Notes: generated by a model not told the origin, from the sequence alone. 64,000 nt of DNA from Polyangiales bacterium (GCA_044229975.1 JBGARZ010000004.1:96001-160000), one strand, 5' to 3'. Numbered from the stretch's first letter, positions 10,527 through 21,256 are shown. Translations and numbers: made by a program.

Positions 10527-13481
10527 CTACCGAAGCCGCTCCACCAGCGCGCGGCACGTCGTCTCCAGCGCGCCAAACCGCTTCTCCGTCGCCAGCGCCA
10601 GCGCCTCCTCCGCGCACGCGAGCGCCTCGGCCCGCCGCGCCAGCTTCGTGTCCAGCAGCTCCGCCTGCTGCACCAGCCCCTGAACCAGCGTGAACGGATT
10701 GCCCGCCACCCGCACCGCCGCGATCGATCGCGCCAGTAGTTCCAATGCCTCCTCCGCGCGGCCCATGCCCGCCAGCGCCGACGAGCGGTTGCCCTGCGCG
10801 ATGGCCGCCATCAGCGGGCTCCCCAGCTTCACCGCCAGCACCTCCGTCTTCTCGTAGGCCGCGGCCGCCTCCTCCCAACGCCCCTGCTTGCGCGCCAGCT
10901 CCCCCTGGTCGTTGTGGCAGATCGCCAGCTGCCGACCCATCCCGTACTCCCGGCAGATCGCCTCCATCTCGGCGTAGCGCCGACCCGCCGCCTCGTAGCG
11001 ATCGCGCGCCGCCTCGACGCGCCCCGTGATGGAGAGCGCCCGCGCCAGCGACTCGTGCGCGCCGCGGTGCCGACACGAGCGCTCGGCCTCGTCGAGCAAC
11101 GCCAGCGCCGCGTCGGCATTTCCGCCCGTGGAGAAGACGATCCAGGCGCGGCCCAGCAGCGCCGCGGTGAGCCCTTCGGCGTCGCCCTCGTCGCGCGACA
11201 TGCGCTCGACCTGCTCCAGCAATTCGAGCGATGCCGCGTGGTCGCCGCCGCTGCCCGCGAGGTCGGAGCGCAGCGCGCGGCACCGTCGCAGCTCGGACCG
11301 ATCGCCCGCCTCGAAGCACAACGGCTCGGCCCGATCGAGCCGCGCGACCGCACCTGCCGCATCACCGCGCGCGCGGAGGATCTGCGCCTGGTCGACCAGC
11401 GAGTTGGCCACCTTCGCGCGATCACCCTGCGCCTCGGCTCGCGCGATGGCGTGGTCGTAGAGCGCGAGCGCGTCGCTCCAGTGACCGAGCGCGTTGAGCA
11501 GGTCGGCCAGCGCGTCGCAGCCCGCCGCGGTCGGGGGAGGGGAGAGCCCCACCGCGCGGCATAGCTCGTTGGCGCGGGTGGCGTCGGTGCGTTCGAGCCA
11601 GGCCCACCACGCGCGCGGGCGGTACGGGTCGGCCGCGAGGTGCCACGACACGAAGTCTTCGCGCGCGAGCAGCTCCGCGAGCTCGTCGGCGCGGCGCAGC
11701 GACACGAGGTGATCGGCGAGGTGGTCGCGCCCGTAGGCGGACATCGCGGCGAGGCCCGCGCGCAGCTCGGAGAGCGCGAGGTCGGCGAGGCGCTGGTGGC
11801 CGCGGCGGGCGCTCACGAAGTACGGACCCGCGCGGTGTTCGTCGGTGAGCCACTCGGCGACCGTCGCGTGAAAGGGACGCACCGCCCCGTCGCTCGTCAC
11901 GAAGAGCGATCCCAGCGCGCGGCGTAGCTTCGGCGCGGCGTACTCGTCCCAGCCGAGCGCGGCGGTGAGCACCTCCGTCGGCAGCGCGCCGTGGGCCGCG
12001 GCGATGAGCTCCAGCGCGGGGCGAACGTCGCGCTCGTACGCCGCGAGGTCGGCGAACTGCCGCTTGAAGAACTGCGCGTACATCCCGCCGAGTCCGCGCG
12101 GAAACGCACCGACGTCGTCGAGCGAGAGGCGGCCCTGGGCGAGCTCCTCGCGCACGCGGTCGACGTAGAGGAAGAGCCCTTCGCTGCGGTCGACCATCGC
12201 GTCGACGACCGCGGGCGCGAGCTGTCCCTCAGAGGCGAAGGGCGCGAGCTCGCGGGTGACGTAGGCGGCGAGGTCGGCCTTGTTGTGCGAGGCGTCGGCG
12301 TCGAGCGGTCGCGGAGTGACGCCCTGGAGCGGGTGCATCACCTCGGGGTCGGGCCGCGTGAGCAGCACCAGGCGCAGCCAGGCGGGCGTCTTCACGAACT
12401 CCGTCGCGAGGAAGGCGGCGAGCTCGTTGTTGCCGTCGAGGGTGGCCTCGTCGAGGCCGTCGATGAGCACCACCATGGTGCGGTCGGGCGCGGGGAATCC
12501 GCCGTGCAGCGGCTGCACCACGAGGCGGTCGAAGAGCGTGCGGGCGTTGCATTCTTCGATGAGTCGCTCCAGCCCGAGGGCGTTGAGGCGCTGCTGGTAC
12601 TCGGGGAGCTGGCTCGCGAGCTGGTAGGCGATGGAGCGAACGCACCACCGCGGATCGGCCTTCTGCACATCACCATGGCGGCAGAGGTGGAAGGCACCGA
12701 CCTCGCGGCGGTTGGCGCAGAGCCACGCGGCGATGGCCGTCTTGCCGAGGCCCGGTCGCCCCGTCGCGAGGAAGATGCGCGGTGCGGTGGGGTCGGCGAG
12801 CCAGCGGTCGACCTCGTCGAAGAACCACCGTCGCCCGGTGAAGCGCGTGAGGTGCACCGCCACGTCGACGTCGAAGGGCAGCGGTTGCAGCGCGCTCAAG
12901 AGCCGCGACTGAACGCCCTCCGACTGCACCCGATCGTTCTCCAGCGCGTCGAGGAGGGACTCGAAGCGGGCGGCGTAGCGCTCGGCGCGGGCGGCCGGGT
13001 CGGACGCATCGCGCAGGTCGAGCCACTGGAGTCGGCAGATGGAGAGCGGCGGCTCGCACCAGCTCACCATCACGGGAACGACCGTCATCGCGCGGGAGAG
13101 CGCGCGGGCGAGCTCGTTGAGGCAGTAGCCGTCGGGTCGCCGCACCGAGTGGGGCGTGAGCAGCAGCACCACGCGCCCCTGGCCGGGGACCTCGTCGGTG
13201 CGCGCGAGCCCGTCGTCGATGCCGCGCTCCCAGTCGCCGCCGCCCTTCAGGCGCTCGACGTCGAACCACACCTCGTGGCCGCGCGCCCGGAGGTCGTCGC
13301 GCACCCTCTCCGCCAGCGGCGTGAACTCGTCGTGGCCGTACGAGAGAAAGATCCGCCGTGTCTGGATGCCCGTGGTGCGCGCGAAGGTGTGCTCGCACTC
13401 CGCGCACAGAAACACCTGGCGCTTCTTGCTGAAGGCGACGTCCTCGGAGCCGCACTGCGGGCAGACGGTGGCGTCGCTCAT
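10527..13481 (-). CDS. Zn-ribbon-TIR-NACHT-TPR protein (NLR-like STAND ATPase)
   Basis: CPQC..CAEC; TIR IFLSYGH...WFD...CLNEL; FTGRRW; Walker A GRPGLGKT; Walker B LIDGLDE; C-terminal TPRs. Confidence 0.88.
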   Translation of the reverse strand: MSDATVCPQCGSEDVAFSKKRQVFLCAECEHTFARTTGIQTRRIFLSYGHDEFTPLAERVRDDLRARGHEVWFDVERLKGGGDWERGIDDGLARTDEVPGQGRVVLLLTPHSVRRPDGYCLNELARALSRAMTVVPVMVSWCEPPLSICRLQWLDLRDASDPAARAERYAARFESLLDALENDRVQSEGVQSRLLSALQPLPFDVDVAVHLTRFTGRRWFFDEVDRWLADPTAPRIFLATGRPGLGKTAIAAWLCANRREVGAFHLCRHGDVQKADPRWCVRSIAYQLASQLPEYQQRLNALGLERLIEECNARTLFDRLVVQPLHGGFPAPDRTMVVLIDGLDEATLDGNNELAAFLATEFVKTPAWLRLVLLTRPDPEVMHPLQGVTPRPLDADASHNKADLAAYVTRELAPFASEGQLAPAVVDAMVDRSEGLFLYVDRVREELAQGRLSLDDVGAFPRGLGGMYAQFFKRQFADLAAYERDVRPALELIAAAHGALPTEVLTAALGWDEYAAPKLRRALGSLFVTSDGAVRPFHATVAEWLTDEHRAGPYFVSARRGHQRLADLALSELRAGLAAMSAYGRDHLADHLVSLRRADELAELLAREDFVSWHLAADPYRPRAWWAWLERTDATRANELCRAVGLSPPPTAAGCDALADLLNALGHWSDALALYDHAIARAEAQGDRAKVANSLVDQAQILRARGDAAGAVARLDRAEPLCFEAGDRSELRRCRALRSDLAGSGGDHAASLELLEQVERMSRDEGDAEGLTAALLGRAWIVFSTGGNADAALALLDEAERSCRHRGAHESLARALSITGRVEAARDRYEAAGRRYAEMEAICREYGMGRQLAICHNDQGELARKQGRWEEAAAAYEKTEVLAVKLGSPLMAAIAQGNRSSALAGMGRAEEALELLARSIAAVRVAGNPFTLVQGLVQQAELLDTKLARRAEALACAEEALALATEKRFGALETTCRALVERLR

Positions 13482-13550
13482 GGTCCGCACATGGTCACCT
13501 CCCACGAGGTCCAGGCAAGCGCCGAGTCTCACACGACCATCAGCGCCTCG

Positions 13551-14627
13551 TCAGGTGGCACCGCTCGGCGCACCGGACAGCTCGCCCGACGACGCCCGGG
13601 CGCGCCGGGCCTGCGGCGTCTCGCCCGTCCAGCGACGAAACGCCCGGAAGAAGGCCGCCGGCTCCGCGTACCCGAGCAGGAACGAGATCTCGGAGGCGCT
13701 CAGCCGCGCGTCGTCGAGCAGGAGCAGCGCCCGCTCTCGCCGCGCCTCGTCGACGAGCTCTGCGAAGCCGGTCGCCTCCTCCCGCAAGCGCCGGTGCATT
13801 GTGCGCTCCGAGAGCGCCATCCTCCGCGCCACCGCCGACAGCCGCGGCTCGCCCCCGGCGAGGAGCAGCCCGATCTCCCGCCGGGCGCGCGCGGCCAGCG
13901 AGGCCGTCGACGGCAGGCTCGCCGCCAGCTCTTCGACACGCCGCGTGAGGTAGCCGCACAGGCGCGGGTCGGCGCGCGGGAGCGGCAGCGCGCACAGGGC
14001 GCCGTCGAAGCGCAGCTCCGTCGTCGCCGTGGACCACTCGATGGGGCAGCCGAAGAGCGCGGCGTGCGCGCGCGGGTCGGCCGGCGCCGGGCGCTGCAAC
14101 GAGACGGCGATCGGCGAGACCGCGCGCCCGGTGAGGATCCGCATCACGGTCAGCGTCGCCGCGGCCTGCGCGTCGATGGGCTCGCGGAGGCGCGCGAAGG
14201 GGGGCGGCACGACCTGCACGAAGCGGAGCTGCGCCGGGCCCACCTCGATGCGCGGCACCGCGTCGGGGTGCACGATCGCGCGGTAGCGGGCCATGCACTC
14301 CGCCGCGTCGCCGACGGTGGCGCCGTGCTGCATGGCGTAGCCGACGACGCCGAGCCCGGTGAGCCCCATGCGCTCGCCGAGGGCGAGGCCGATCGGGCGG
14401 CGTGCGACCGCGGTCCACAGCGCGAGGTGCTGGGCGAGCGGCACGCGACCGTCGGGCTCGGCGAGCTGATCGGCGTCGAGCCCCGCCGCCGCGCGCAGGG
14501 CCGCCTCGTCGTCTCCGAGCGCCACCGCGCCCTCGATGACCGCCTGCGTGAGCGCCGCCAGGACCGTGATCACGCCGCGATCGTCACCGCTGGCGGCCGG
14601 AGGCACAAGCGTGGCGGACGCGGTCAC
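13551..14627 (-). CDS. AraC-family transcriptional regulator (start uncertain)
   Basis: C-terminal VARRMALSERTMHRRL...ISFLLGYAEPAAFFRAFRRWTGETP. Confidence 0.9.
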   Translation of the reverse strand: MTASATLVPPAASGDDRGVITVLAALTQAVIEGAVALGDDEAALRAAAGLDADQLAEPDGRVPLAQHLALWTAVARRPIGLALGERMGLTGLGVVGYAMQHGATVGDAAECMARYRAIVHPDAVPRIEVGPAQLRFVQVVPPPFARLREPIDAQAAATLTVMRILTGRAVSPIAVSLQRPAPADPRAHAALFGCPIEWSTATTELRFDGALCALPLPRADPRLCGYLTRRVEELAASLPSTASLAARARREIGLLLAGGEPRLSAVARRMALSERTMHRRLREEATGFAELVDEARRERALLLLDDARLSASEISFLLGYAEPAAFFRAFRRWTGETPQARRARASSGELSGAPSGAT

Positions 14628-14662
14628 TGTCTCGGCGACGAGCGGCTGCCAGATTCGCGGAC

Positions 14663-15295
14663 ATGAAACTCACGCTGCCTCCGCCGCTCGAAGTGCCCTG
14701 GACGATGAAGCCCCTCGAGTCCGCCCAGACCCGCCTGGAGGTGCTCGACGACGGTCGCCTCCACCTCTCGATCGTCCACGACCTGGTCTCCGGGGTGACC
14801 CCCGAGATGCTCCGCTGGTGGTTCCAGCACCTCGAAGGGGACATGGAGCTCGAAGGGCGACGCGTGCCCCGCTATCGGGTTTGGCACCCGCGCGATCACG
14901 TCGCCTTCCGGTACGGCCGGCGCACCGACCCGATCGGACCGGGGTCGATCTTCGTCATCCAGGAGGTGCTCGCGCGCAACCCCGACTGGGACGTCGACGT
15001 GCACAGCCATGTGGTGCGCCTCGACGAGGGCGGCTTCGGGCACCGCCCGCGGGTGCGCGGCCTCCAGCTCGCAAAGATGGACTACACGTTCGCCCGGGTC
15101 GCGGGCGGGACCCGATACGAGAACTCGCTCACCGTCGGGGTCGAGGGGCGCTCCGTCGTGACGCGCGCGATCAACGCGCAGGTGCGGCGGTTCACCTTCT
15201 CCGACGAGAAGGGGCGCGCGTGGCTGCTGCACAACATCGAAGAGGTCGGCAACTTCGAGCACTTTCTTCCGGCTCTCCACGCCCGGGAGAAGTGA
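14663..15295 (+). CDS. DAPG hydrolase (PhlG-like) family protein
   Basis: GVTPEMLRWWF...RYRVWHPRDH and H..EE..N..FLP motifs; divergent from the AraC gene. Confidence 0.7.
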   Translation: MKLTLPPPLEVPWTMKPLESAQTRLEVLDDGRLHLSIVHDLVSGVTPEMLRWWFQHLEGDMELEGRRVPRYRVWHPRDHVAFRYGRRTDPIGPGSIFVIQEVLARNPDWDVDVHSHVVRLDEGGFGHRPRVRGLQLAKMDYTFARVAGGTRYENSLTVGVEGRSVVTRAINAQVRRFTFSDEKGRAWLLHNIEEVGNFEHFLPALHAREK

Positions 15296-15325
15296 CCCGT
15301 CGCGCTGCCCATCCCCACGGGTGCC

Positions 15326-16294
15326 TCAGCGCACCTGACAGCGCAGCACGCGCAGCCGTTGCCAGAGGTCGTAGCCATCGCGCGGCGGGATCATGCGCTG
15401 GAGCCCTTCGGTCTGCGTGAGAAACTCCATCCACGCGCGGCTCTTGGCCGTCAGCTCGGAGGTGACGGCGTACACCTTCAGCGGAACCTCCATCGCCGCG
15501 AGCTCGGTCACCGCGAAGGCCGCTTCGAGCCACGGCATCACGAGGTCGTCGCACAGTGACGACACCACGATCACGAACGACCCGCCCGGCGCGAGAAACT
15601 CCGCGCCGCGCTCGGCCACCTCACGGATGAGCGCGACGCCCTCCCAGGGGTTGTCGCGGAAGCGCCCCTCGACGAGCTCTGGTGGGCGCCGGATGTACGG
15701 CGGGTTCATCAGCACGAGGTCGTGACGACCGCGCACCCGCAGCGCCTCGCCGCGCCGCCCGAGCGAGCCCGACACCACCGTGCGGCCCGAGCGCTTCTCC
15801 AGCGCACCCATGGCGCACTGCACCGCGAGCGGGTCGATGTCGATGACGTGCATCTCGTCGAGCGGGCGACCGGCGCGCGCGAGCGCCTCCATGAGGTAGA
15901 GCGAGAGGTAGCCCGACCCGCAGCCGATCTCGAGCCCCGCGCGCACGGGGCCGAGCGTGGGAAGGAGGTCGCGCACGGCCCGGCACACCAGCAGCGTGTC
16001 GATGGACGGCGACCACACCCGCGGAAACACCGACTGGTCGAAGTCGAGCTCGACGCCGTCGTATTCGATCACGCGCCGCGGCAGTCCGAAGAGCGACTGC
16101 ACGAGGTCGCGCCGCGCAGGAGGGAGCTGCGCGATGCGGTGCGGATCAGTCACCAGCACCGGGTGTTCGAAGCGCGCCACGAGGAGGCTCGCGCCGTCTT
16201 CTTGGAGTGATCCGTCGAGGATGCCCTCGATCTCGTACGCGCCCTCGGCCAGGGCCTCCTGCCACCTCAGATCAGCGTCGAACCGGATGCGCAT
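15326..16294 (-). CDS. Class I SAM-dependent methyltransferase (HemK/PrmC-like NPPY type)
   Basis: VWSPSIDT, LEIGCGSG, IDID, MNPPY. Confidence 0.8.
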   Translation of the reverse strand: MRIRFDADLRWQEALAEGAYEIEGILDGSLQEDGASLLVARFEHPVLVTDPHRIAQLPPARRDLVQSLFGLPRRVIEYDGVELDFDQSVFPRVWSPSIDTLLVCRAVRDLLPTLGPVRAGLEIGCGSGYLSLYLMEALARAGRPLDEMHVIDIDPLAVQCAMGALEKRSGRTVVSGSLGRRGEALRVRGRHDLVLMNPPYIRRPPELVEGRFRDNPWEGVALIREVAERGAEFLAPGGSFVIVVSSLCDDLVMPWLEAAFAVTELAAMEVPLKVYAVTSELTAKSRAWMEFLTQTEGLQRMIPPRDGYDLWQRLRVLRCQVR

Positions 16295-16307
16295 CGTGCC
16301 GTCATCA

Positions 16308-16748
16308 CTACCACCACGTGAAGACGATGGTGTGGTGATCGGGCTCGCGCCGCAGCCCGAGCGGTCGCCAGGTGATGACCACCTCGCGCAACGCGAAGCC
16401 CGTCGCCAGCACCGTCGCCGCCAGCGCCGTCCATCGCAGTCGGTCGAGCGACACCTCACCGCCGCGACCCGCCGCCGCGAGCGCTGCGCCCACGACCACG
16501 CCCGTGAAGCCCGCGCTCGACTCCAGACACATGCACGCGAGCCTGCGCGGCGTCGTTCGCACGGGGCGCGTCTTCATCCGGTAGAGCAGCCACGCATCGC
16601 GCAGTCCCCCCTGGAGCAGCCACGCGAGGCACGCCGCCGTCAGCAGCTCGCCCGCGCCGAGGTGCGTCGGCAGCGAAGGTGCGACCGTCGCGACGCCCGC
16701 CACCGCGACGGGGATGAGCGCGAGCTCGACCTTGCTGTGGGTGTTCAT
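16308..16748 (-). CDS. Small membrane protein, unknown function
   Basis: About four hydrophobic segments from MNTHSKVEL; directly upstream of the methyltransferase. Confidence 0.65.
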   Translation of the reverse strand: MNTHSKVELALIPVAVAGVATVAPSLPTHLGAGELLTAACLAWLLQGGLRDAWLLYRMKTRPVRTTPRRLACMCLESSAGFTGVVVGAALAAAGRGGEVSLDRLRWTALAATVLATGFALREVVITWRPLGLRREPDHHTIVFTWW

Positions 16749-16959
16749 GGCGAGTGTCGAGAGAACCGCCACGGGGCGAGGGACGCAAGGAACGGAAGGA
16801 TGTTGATGGGTTCGGTACGGCGAAGGTGGTGCACTCGCGAGGGTCCGTCGACCCGTTGGCCCGAACCTTGTTGAGTGTCTTCTGCGACCGCGGAATGGCT
16901 GGTTTCCTGTGCCATCGTGGGCCACGGGATCGCTGGCTCTTCACGGTCGGAGGTGTGTG

Positions 16960-18015
16960 ATGAGGCGACGGGTGACGTTCGGTTCTCTTGCCGTGATGGC
17001 TGGGCTCGCTGTGACCCTCGCGGCCCGACCGGCGGCGGCGTGCAGGGGGCAGATCACGTGTCTGGAGCCGCGGATCGTGCCGAGATCGGCGGCACCGGCG
17101 AACCTCCCCGCGGTCGCGTTCTGGCCTCGGCGGGACCTCTACGGCCCGCCGCCGACGGGGCCCGTGACCTTCACCCGCGTGGCGGGCGACACGCGCGAGG
17201 ACGTGCCCTTCACCACGCGAACCAGCGCCCTCGGTGATCCGTTGCTGGTTCCGACGACGCCGCTCGCTCCGATGACGGAGTACGAGGTCACGGGGCCGCC
17301 CGCCTGCCAGGAGGGAACACCAAACCCGCCGCTGCGCTTCCGCACCGGGCCCGAAGCGCCGCTCCCTACGTCCCTGGGCACGGTGGGCATCTCCGCGGTG
17401 CAGCGTGGGTTTCAGCACCTCCGCATCTCGGGGTGGGGTTCGGACTGCGGGCCGAACTTCGCCATCGCGTTCCTCGAAGCGCGGCTGGAGCTGCCACCCG
17501 ACGCAGAGCGGTGGTCGGGCGCACTGCTCTGGACGCCAACCCTGGACCGCCAACCGTGGAGCATCGACTCGGTCTTCGGAACAGTCACAACCCTGAGCGG
17601 CTTTGCGGTGACGCGGTTCTATGTGCAGTGCGACGGGCCCGACAGCGGTCAGTACAATGGCGGTCCGCGCCCTGGTCGCCATCGCATCGGGTACCGCGCC
17701 CACGTGCCGGGACAGGACACCGAGCTGACCGTCGAGCGAGAGGTGGAGATGCTCTGCGGCGATGGCGTCCCCACCCGAAGCGACGCTGGAGTGGTTGCCG
17801 TGACCGACCTCGGCGCCGCGACCGAACAGGACGCGACGACGGCCAGCGGCGCGATGCTCCGAGAGGGCGGCATCGGGTGCAGCGTGGGCGGTGGGTCGGC
17901 TCGGCCGGGCGCGCTCCAGGTGTCGTTGGCGGCGTTGCTGGGTCTGGTCGTCGCGCGGCGACGGCGCGTCACAGCCGCAGGTCGAAGCCCGCGGTCGCGA
18001 CGACCTCACCGTTGA
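16960..18015 (+). CDS. Secreted protein with MYXO-CTERM-like sorting tail
   Basis: GGAGG RBS, signal peptide, C-terminal GGIGCSV...LAALLGLVVARRRR. Confidence 0.7.
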   Translation: MRRRVTFGSLAVMAGLAVTLAARPAAACRGQITCLEPRIVPRSAAPANLPAVAFWPRRDLYGPPPTGPVTFTRVAGDTREDVPFTTRTSALGDPLLVPTTPLAPMTEYEVTGPPACQEGTPNPPLRFRTGPEAPLPTSLGTVGISAVQRGFQHLRISGWGSDCGPNFAIAFLEARLELPPDAERWSGALLWTPTLDRQPWSIDSVFGTVTTLSGFAVTRFYVQCDGPDSGQYNGGPRPGRHRIGYRAHVPGQDTELTVEREVEMLCGDGVPTRSDAGVVAVTDLGAATEQDATTASGAMLREGGIGCSVGGGSARPGALQVSLAALLGLVVARRRRVTAAGRSPRSRRPHR

Positions 18016-19078
18016 CGCGGAGGTCCACGCCGTGGCGACCGGCGTGGTAGCGGCGCGTGGTGATGAGCTTCATCGAGTGGCTCTTGCTGAGCGCGCGCTC
18101 CTCGTTGGCCCCGAGCTCCACCACCCACCCCTTGAACACCTTCGGCGTGGTCTCGCCGCTCGCCTTCACGTGGTGCACCGCGTAGTCGATCGCGAGCTTC
18201 TGCGTCCGCTTCGAGGTCGATCGCAACGTCACGTCCAACCGCAGGCTCTCCCCGACCGACACCCGCTTCGGTGCCACGGTGAGCGTCGCCTCGCCCGCCA
18301 TGCGCTTGCCCAATCCCCACGCCGCCAGGGTGTCCGCGTGGCCCTGCTTGATGAGCGTTCGGCTCGCGTGCTTGAGCAGCGCCCTTCGCTCCGTAGACGC
18401 GCCCGGCAGGTGCGCGTCGAGCCACTGCGAGACGATGGTTGGGTGGTCCTTCGCGATGTCGTTGAGGTGGTTGGCGACGCTCCGCCGAACGTACTCGCTC
18501 GGGTCGTCCTGCAACGCGCGTAGCAACGGAAGCGTGGGCGACGGATCGGCGATGAGCCCCTTCAACTGCATGCCCCATGGCAGGCGCGGTCGACTGCCTT
18601 CGCTCACCAGCCGCCGCACGTGCTCGCTCGGATCATCGGCCCAGCGGGCGAGCGTGTCCCAGCAGAGCTGCGGGTGCGCCAGGATGAAGGGACGAATCGC
18701 CCACTCGGCGGTGAAGCGCTGCGTGACGGCGTGCAGCGTGGTGAGCGCGCGCGCCGGGTGACCGATGCCCCGTCGCACCACGAACTCCCCGACGGGCCAC
18801 AGCGCCCAGCTCCGCAGACCGCTCGCGCCGGACGCGTCGTCGAGCGGCGCGAGGCTGGCCTCGATGACCGTCGCGGCGTGGTCGAAGTCGGGTGGCAGCG
18901 TCGCTTCGAGGGCACCCGCGATGTGCATGGCGCGGGCCTTCATCTCCAGCGCGTCGAGCCCGTCGAGCGAGCGGCGCTCGAAGGCGCGGGCGTCGAAGTC
19001 GGGCCACGCCCGGCGCAGGTGGCGCGCGGTGGCGCGGACGACGGCGGCGTTGAGGAGGTTCTTGAAGGCTTCGGTCAT
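17969..19078 (-). CDS. DNA alkylation repair protein (AlkC-like HEAT glycosylase)
   Basis: FTAEWAIRPF, HVRRLVSEGSRPRLPW, YVRRSVANHLNDIAKDHP, Ig-like C-terminus with KVFK. Confidence 0.88.
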   Translation of the reverse strand: MTEAFKNLLNAAVVRATARHLRRAWPDFDARAFERRSLDGLDALEMKARAMHIAGALEATLPPDFDHAATVIEASLAPLDDASGASGLRSWALWPVGEFVVRRGIGHPARALTTLHAVTQRFTAEWAIRPFILAHPQLCWDTLARWADDPSEHVRRLVSEGSRPRLPWGMQLKGLIADPSPTLPLLRALQDDPSEYVRRSVANHLNDIAKDHPTIVSQWLDAHLPGASTERRALLKHASRTLIKQGHADTLAAWGLGKRMAGEATLTVAPKRVSVGESLRLDVTLRSTSKRTQKLAIDYAVHHVKASGETTPKVFKGWVVELGANEERALSKSHSMKLITTRRYHAGRHGVDLRVNGEVVATAGFDLRL

Positions 19079-19198
19079 GGGTTGATGCTCTCGACCATCG
19101 ACGTCGGCGATGCAAGGCCAGTGGGACTTGCGCGCCACACGGACTTCCATCGGCGATCCCCGCTTGACCCCCGCCTCGCGCGTGTACCATCCGCGCCC

Positions 19199-21256
19199 AT
19201 GACGTCGCTCCGCTCGACCCTGGTCACGCTCTGCTCCGTGCTCTTCGTCGCCTGCACCGAGGAGGCCGCCGTCGCGCCGGCGGACGCCAGCACCACCGAC
19301 GTCGCCACCGACGTCACGCCCAACGACGTCGCGACCGACGTCGTGAAGGTCACCGACATCGCATCCACCGACGTGCCCACGGCGGACGGCGGCGCGGCGC
19401 GGTGCAACCCCCTCGCGATCACCAGCGACTGCCTGCTCCCATGGCCGACCGACCTGCTGACGCGCGCCGATCCGAGTACCCCGACGGGTCGTCGACTCGA
19501 CCTCCCCGAGAACGTTCTCCAGGTCCCCCCGCGGGCCACCAACATCGACGTCGTTCCGTTCAATCGCGCCGACGGGGCGCCCTCCACCGCGCCCATCCTC
19601 GTGCACTTCGGCGACGAGCTGGCGGCCGAGTTCCTGGCCAACATCACGCAGACCGCGCGCTCGCTCGAAGCCACGAGCGCCATTGCCCTCTTCGACGTCA
19701 CCCACTCGCGGCGCGTTCCCTTCCTCGCCGAGATGGACGCCAACCACGAGCCCGGCGTCACCAACCGCTCCGCGCTCATCATCCGCCCGCTCGAACCGCT
19801 CCCCTACGGCGCCCGCGTCGCCGTCGCCATCCGCCGCACCATCCGAACGCCGTCGGGCGCCATGCTCGCCGCGTCGCCGGGCTTCACCGCGCTGCGCGAC
19901 GGCACTCCCTCCGCCGACCCGCGCATCGAGGCGGCGCGGCCCGACTACGAGACGCTGTTCACCTTCCTCACGGCGCAGGGCTACGCGCGCGCCGACCTGC
20001 ACCTCGCGTTTTCGTACACGGTGGTGAGCGAGCGCCACGCCCTCGGTCCGGTGACGTCCATGCGTGCCGAGGTGACCCGCCGCGCGATGACCGCGGGCGG
20101 CATCCCCTTCACCATCCAGAACGTTCAGGAGAACCCCAACAGCAACGTCGCGCGCATCGTCACCGGAACCTTCACCCCGCCCAACTGGCTCGACGCGCGC
20201 AACACGCTGACCTTCGCCGCGGATGGCAGCGTGGTCACGCAGTCCAACGCCATCGCGTACCCGTTCACGATGGTCATCCCGGCGCGCGCGCGGCGCGAGC
20301 ACGTCCCGTTGCCGCTGGTGATCTTCGGCCACGGCGTCTTCGGAACGGGCCGCGACTACCTCACGGGCAGCGCCGCGGAGATCATCCACCCGCTGGCCGA
20401 GCGCTCCGGGGCGGTGGTCATCGCCACCGACTGGATCGGCCTCTCCGAGGGCGACCGCAACCTCATCATCCGAGACGTGGTCACCAACATCAACCGCATC
20501 AACCTGGTGACCGACCGGCTGCTCCAGTCCATCGCCAACAACCTCGCGATGGAGGAGATCGCCGTCGGTGGTCTCACGGCCGACAGCCGCGTGCGCTTCC
20601 CCGACAACGCGCTCATCGACCCGACGCGCATCTACTACTACGGCGTGAGCCTCGGCGGCATCCAGGGGTCGTCGCTGGTGTCGGCCTCGCGGCGCATCTC
20701 GCGCGCCGTGCTCGCGGTGCCGGGCGCGTCGTGGTCCAACCTGCTGCCGCGCTCCATCGTGTACGCGCCCATCCGCGCCTTCGTCGACGGCATCTACCCC
20801 GACCCGCTGGTGCAGGCGGAGTTCATCTCGCTGCTGCAATACCGCTTCGACCACGCCGACCCGGCCAACGTCACGCAGCTCCTGCGCTCGACCACCGACC
20901 CGCCCGCGCCGCGGCGCATCCTCGTGCAGGAGGCCATCGGCGACTGCCTCGTCCCCAACATCACGACGGACATCCTCGCGCGCGCCTTCGGGCTGCCGGT
21001 GCTCACGCCCGCCGTGGCGCCGCCCTTCGGGCTGCGAACGGTCCCCGCGCCCTCCACCGAGAGCGCGCTCGCGCAGTACGCCATCACCAACAGCCTCATG
21101 GGCTTCACGCCGCCCATCAACAACACCGTTCCGGTGATGGACAACGGGGTGCACTCCGACCTGGTGTCGCTGCCCAACGTCGGCGACCAGGTGGTCACCT
21201 TCCTGGAGTCGGGCCGCATCGAGCAGACCTGCACCGAGAGCTGCAACCCGGATTGA
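19199..21256 (+). CDS. Lipoprotein alpha/beta-hydrolase (lipase-like)
   Basis: Lipobox FVAC; IFGHG; GVSLGG nucleophile elbow; D and H candidates near C-terminus. Confidence 0.75.
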   Translation: MTSLRSTLVTLCSVLFVACTEEAAVAPADASTTDVATDVTPNDVATDVVKVTDIASTDVPTADGGAARCNPLAITSDCLLPWPTDLLTRADPSTPTGRRLDLPENVLQVPPRATNIDVVPFNRADGAPSTAPILVHFGDELAAEFLANITQTARSLEATSAIALFDVTHSRRVPFLAEMDANHEPGVTNRSALIIRPLEPLPYGARVAVAIRRTIRTPSGAMLAASPGFTALRDGTPSADPRIEAARPDYETLFTFLTAQGYARADLHLAFSYTVVSERHALGPVTSMRAEVTRRAMTAGGIPFTIQNVQENPNSNVARIVTGTFTPPNWLDARNTLTFAADGSVVTQSNAIAYPFTMVIPARARREHVPLPLVIFGHGVFGTGRDYLTGSAAEIIHPLAERSGAVVIATDWIGLSEGDRNLIIRDVVTNINRINLVTDRLLQSIANNLAMEEIAVGGLTADSRVRFPDNALIDPTRIYYYGVSLGGIQGSSLVSASRRISRAVLAVPGASWSNLLPRSIVYAPIRAFVDGIYPDPLVQAEFISLLQYRFDHADPANVTQLLRSTTDPPAPRRILVQEAIGDCLVPNITTDILARAFGLPVLTPAVAPPFGLRTVPAPSTESALAQYAITNSLMGFTPPINNTVPVMDNGVHSDLVSLPNVGDQVVTFLESGRIEQTCTESCNPD

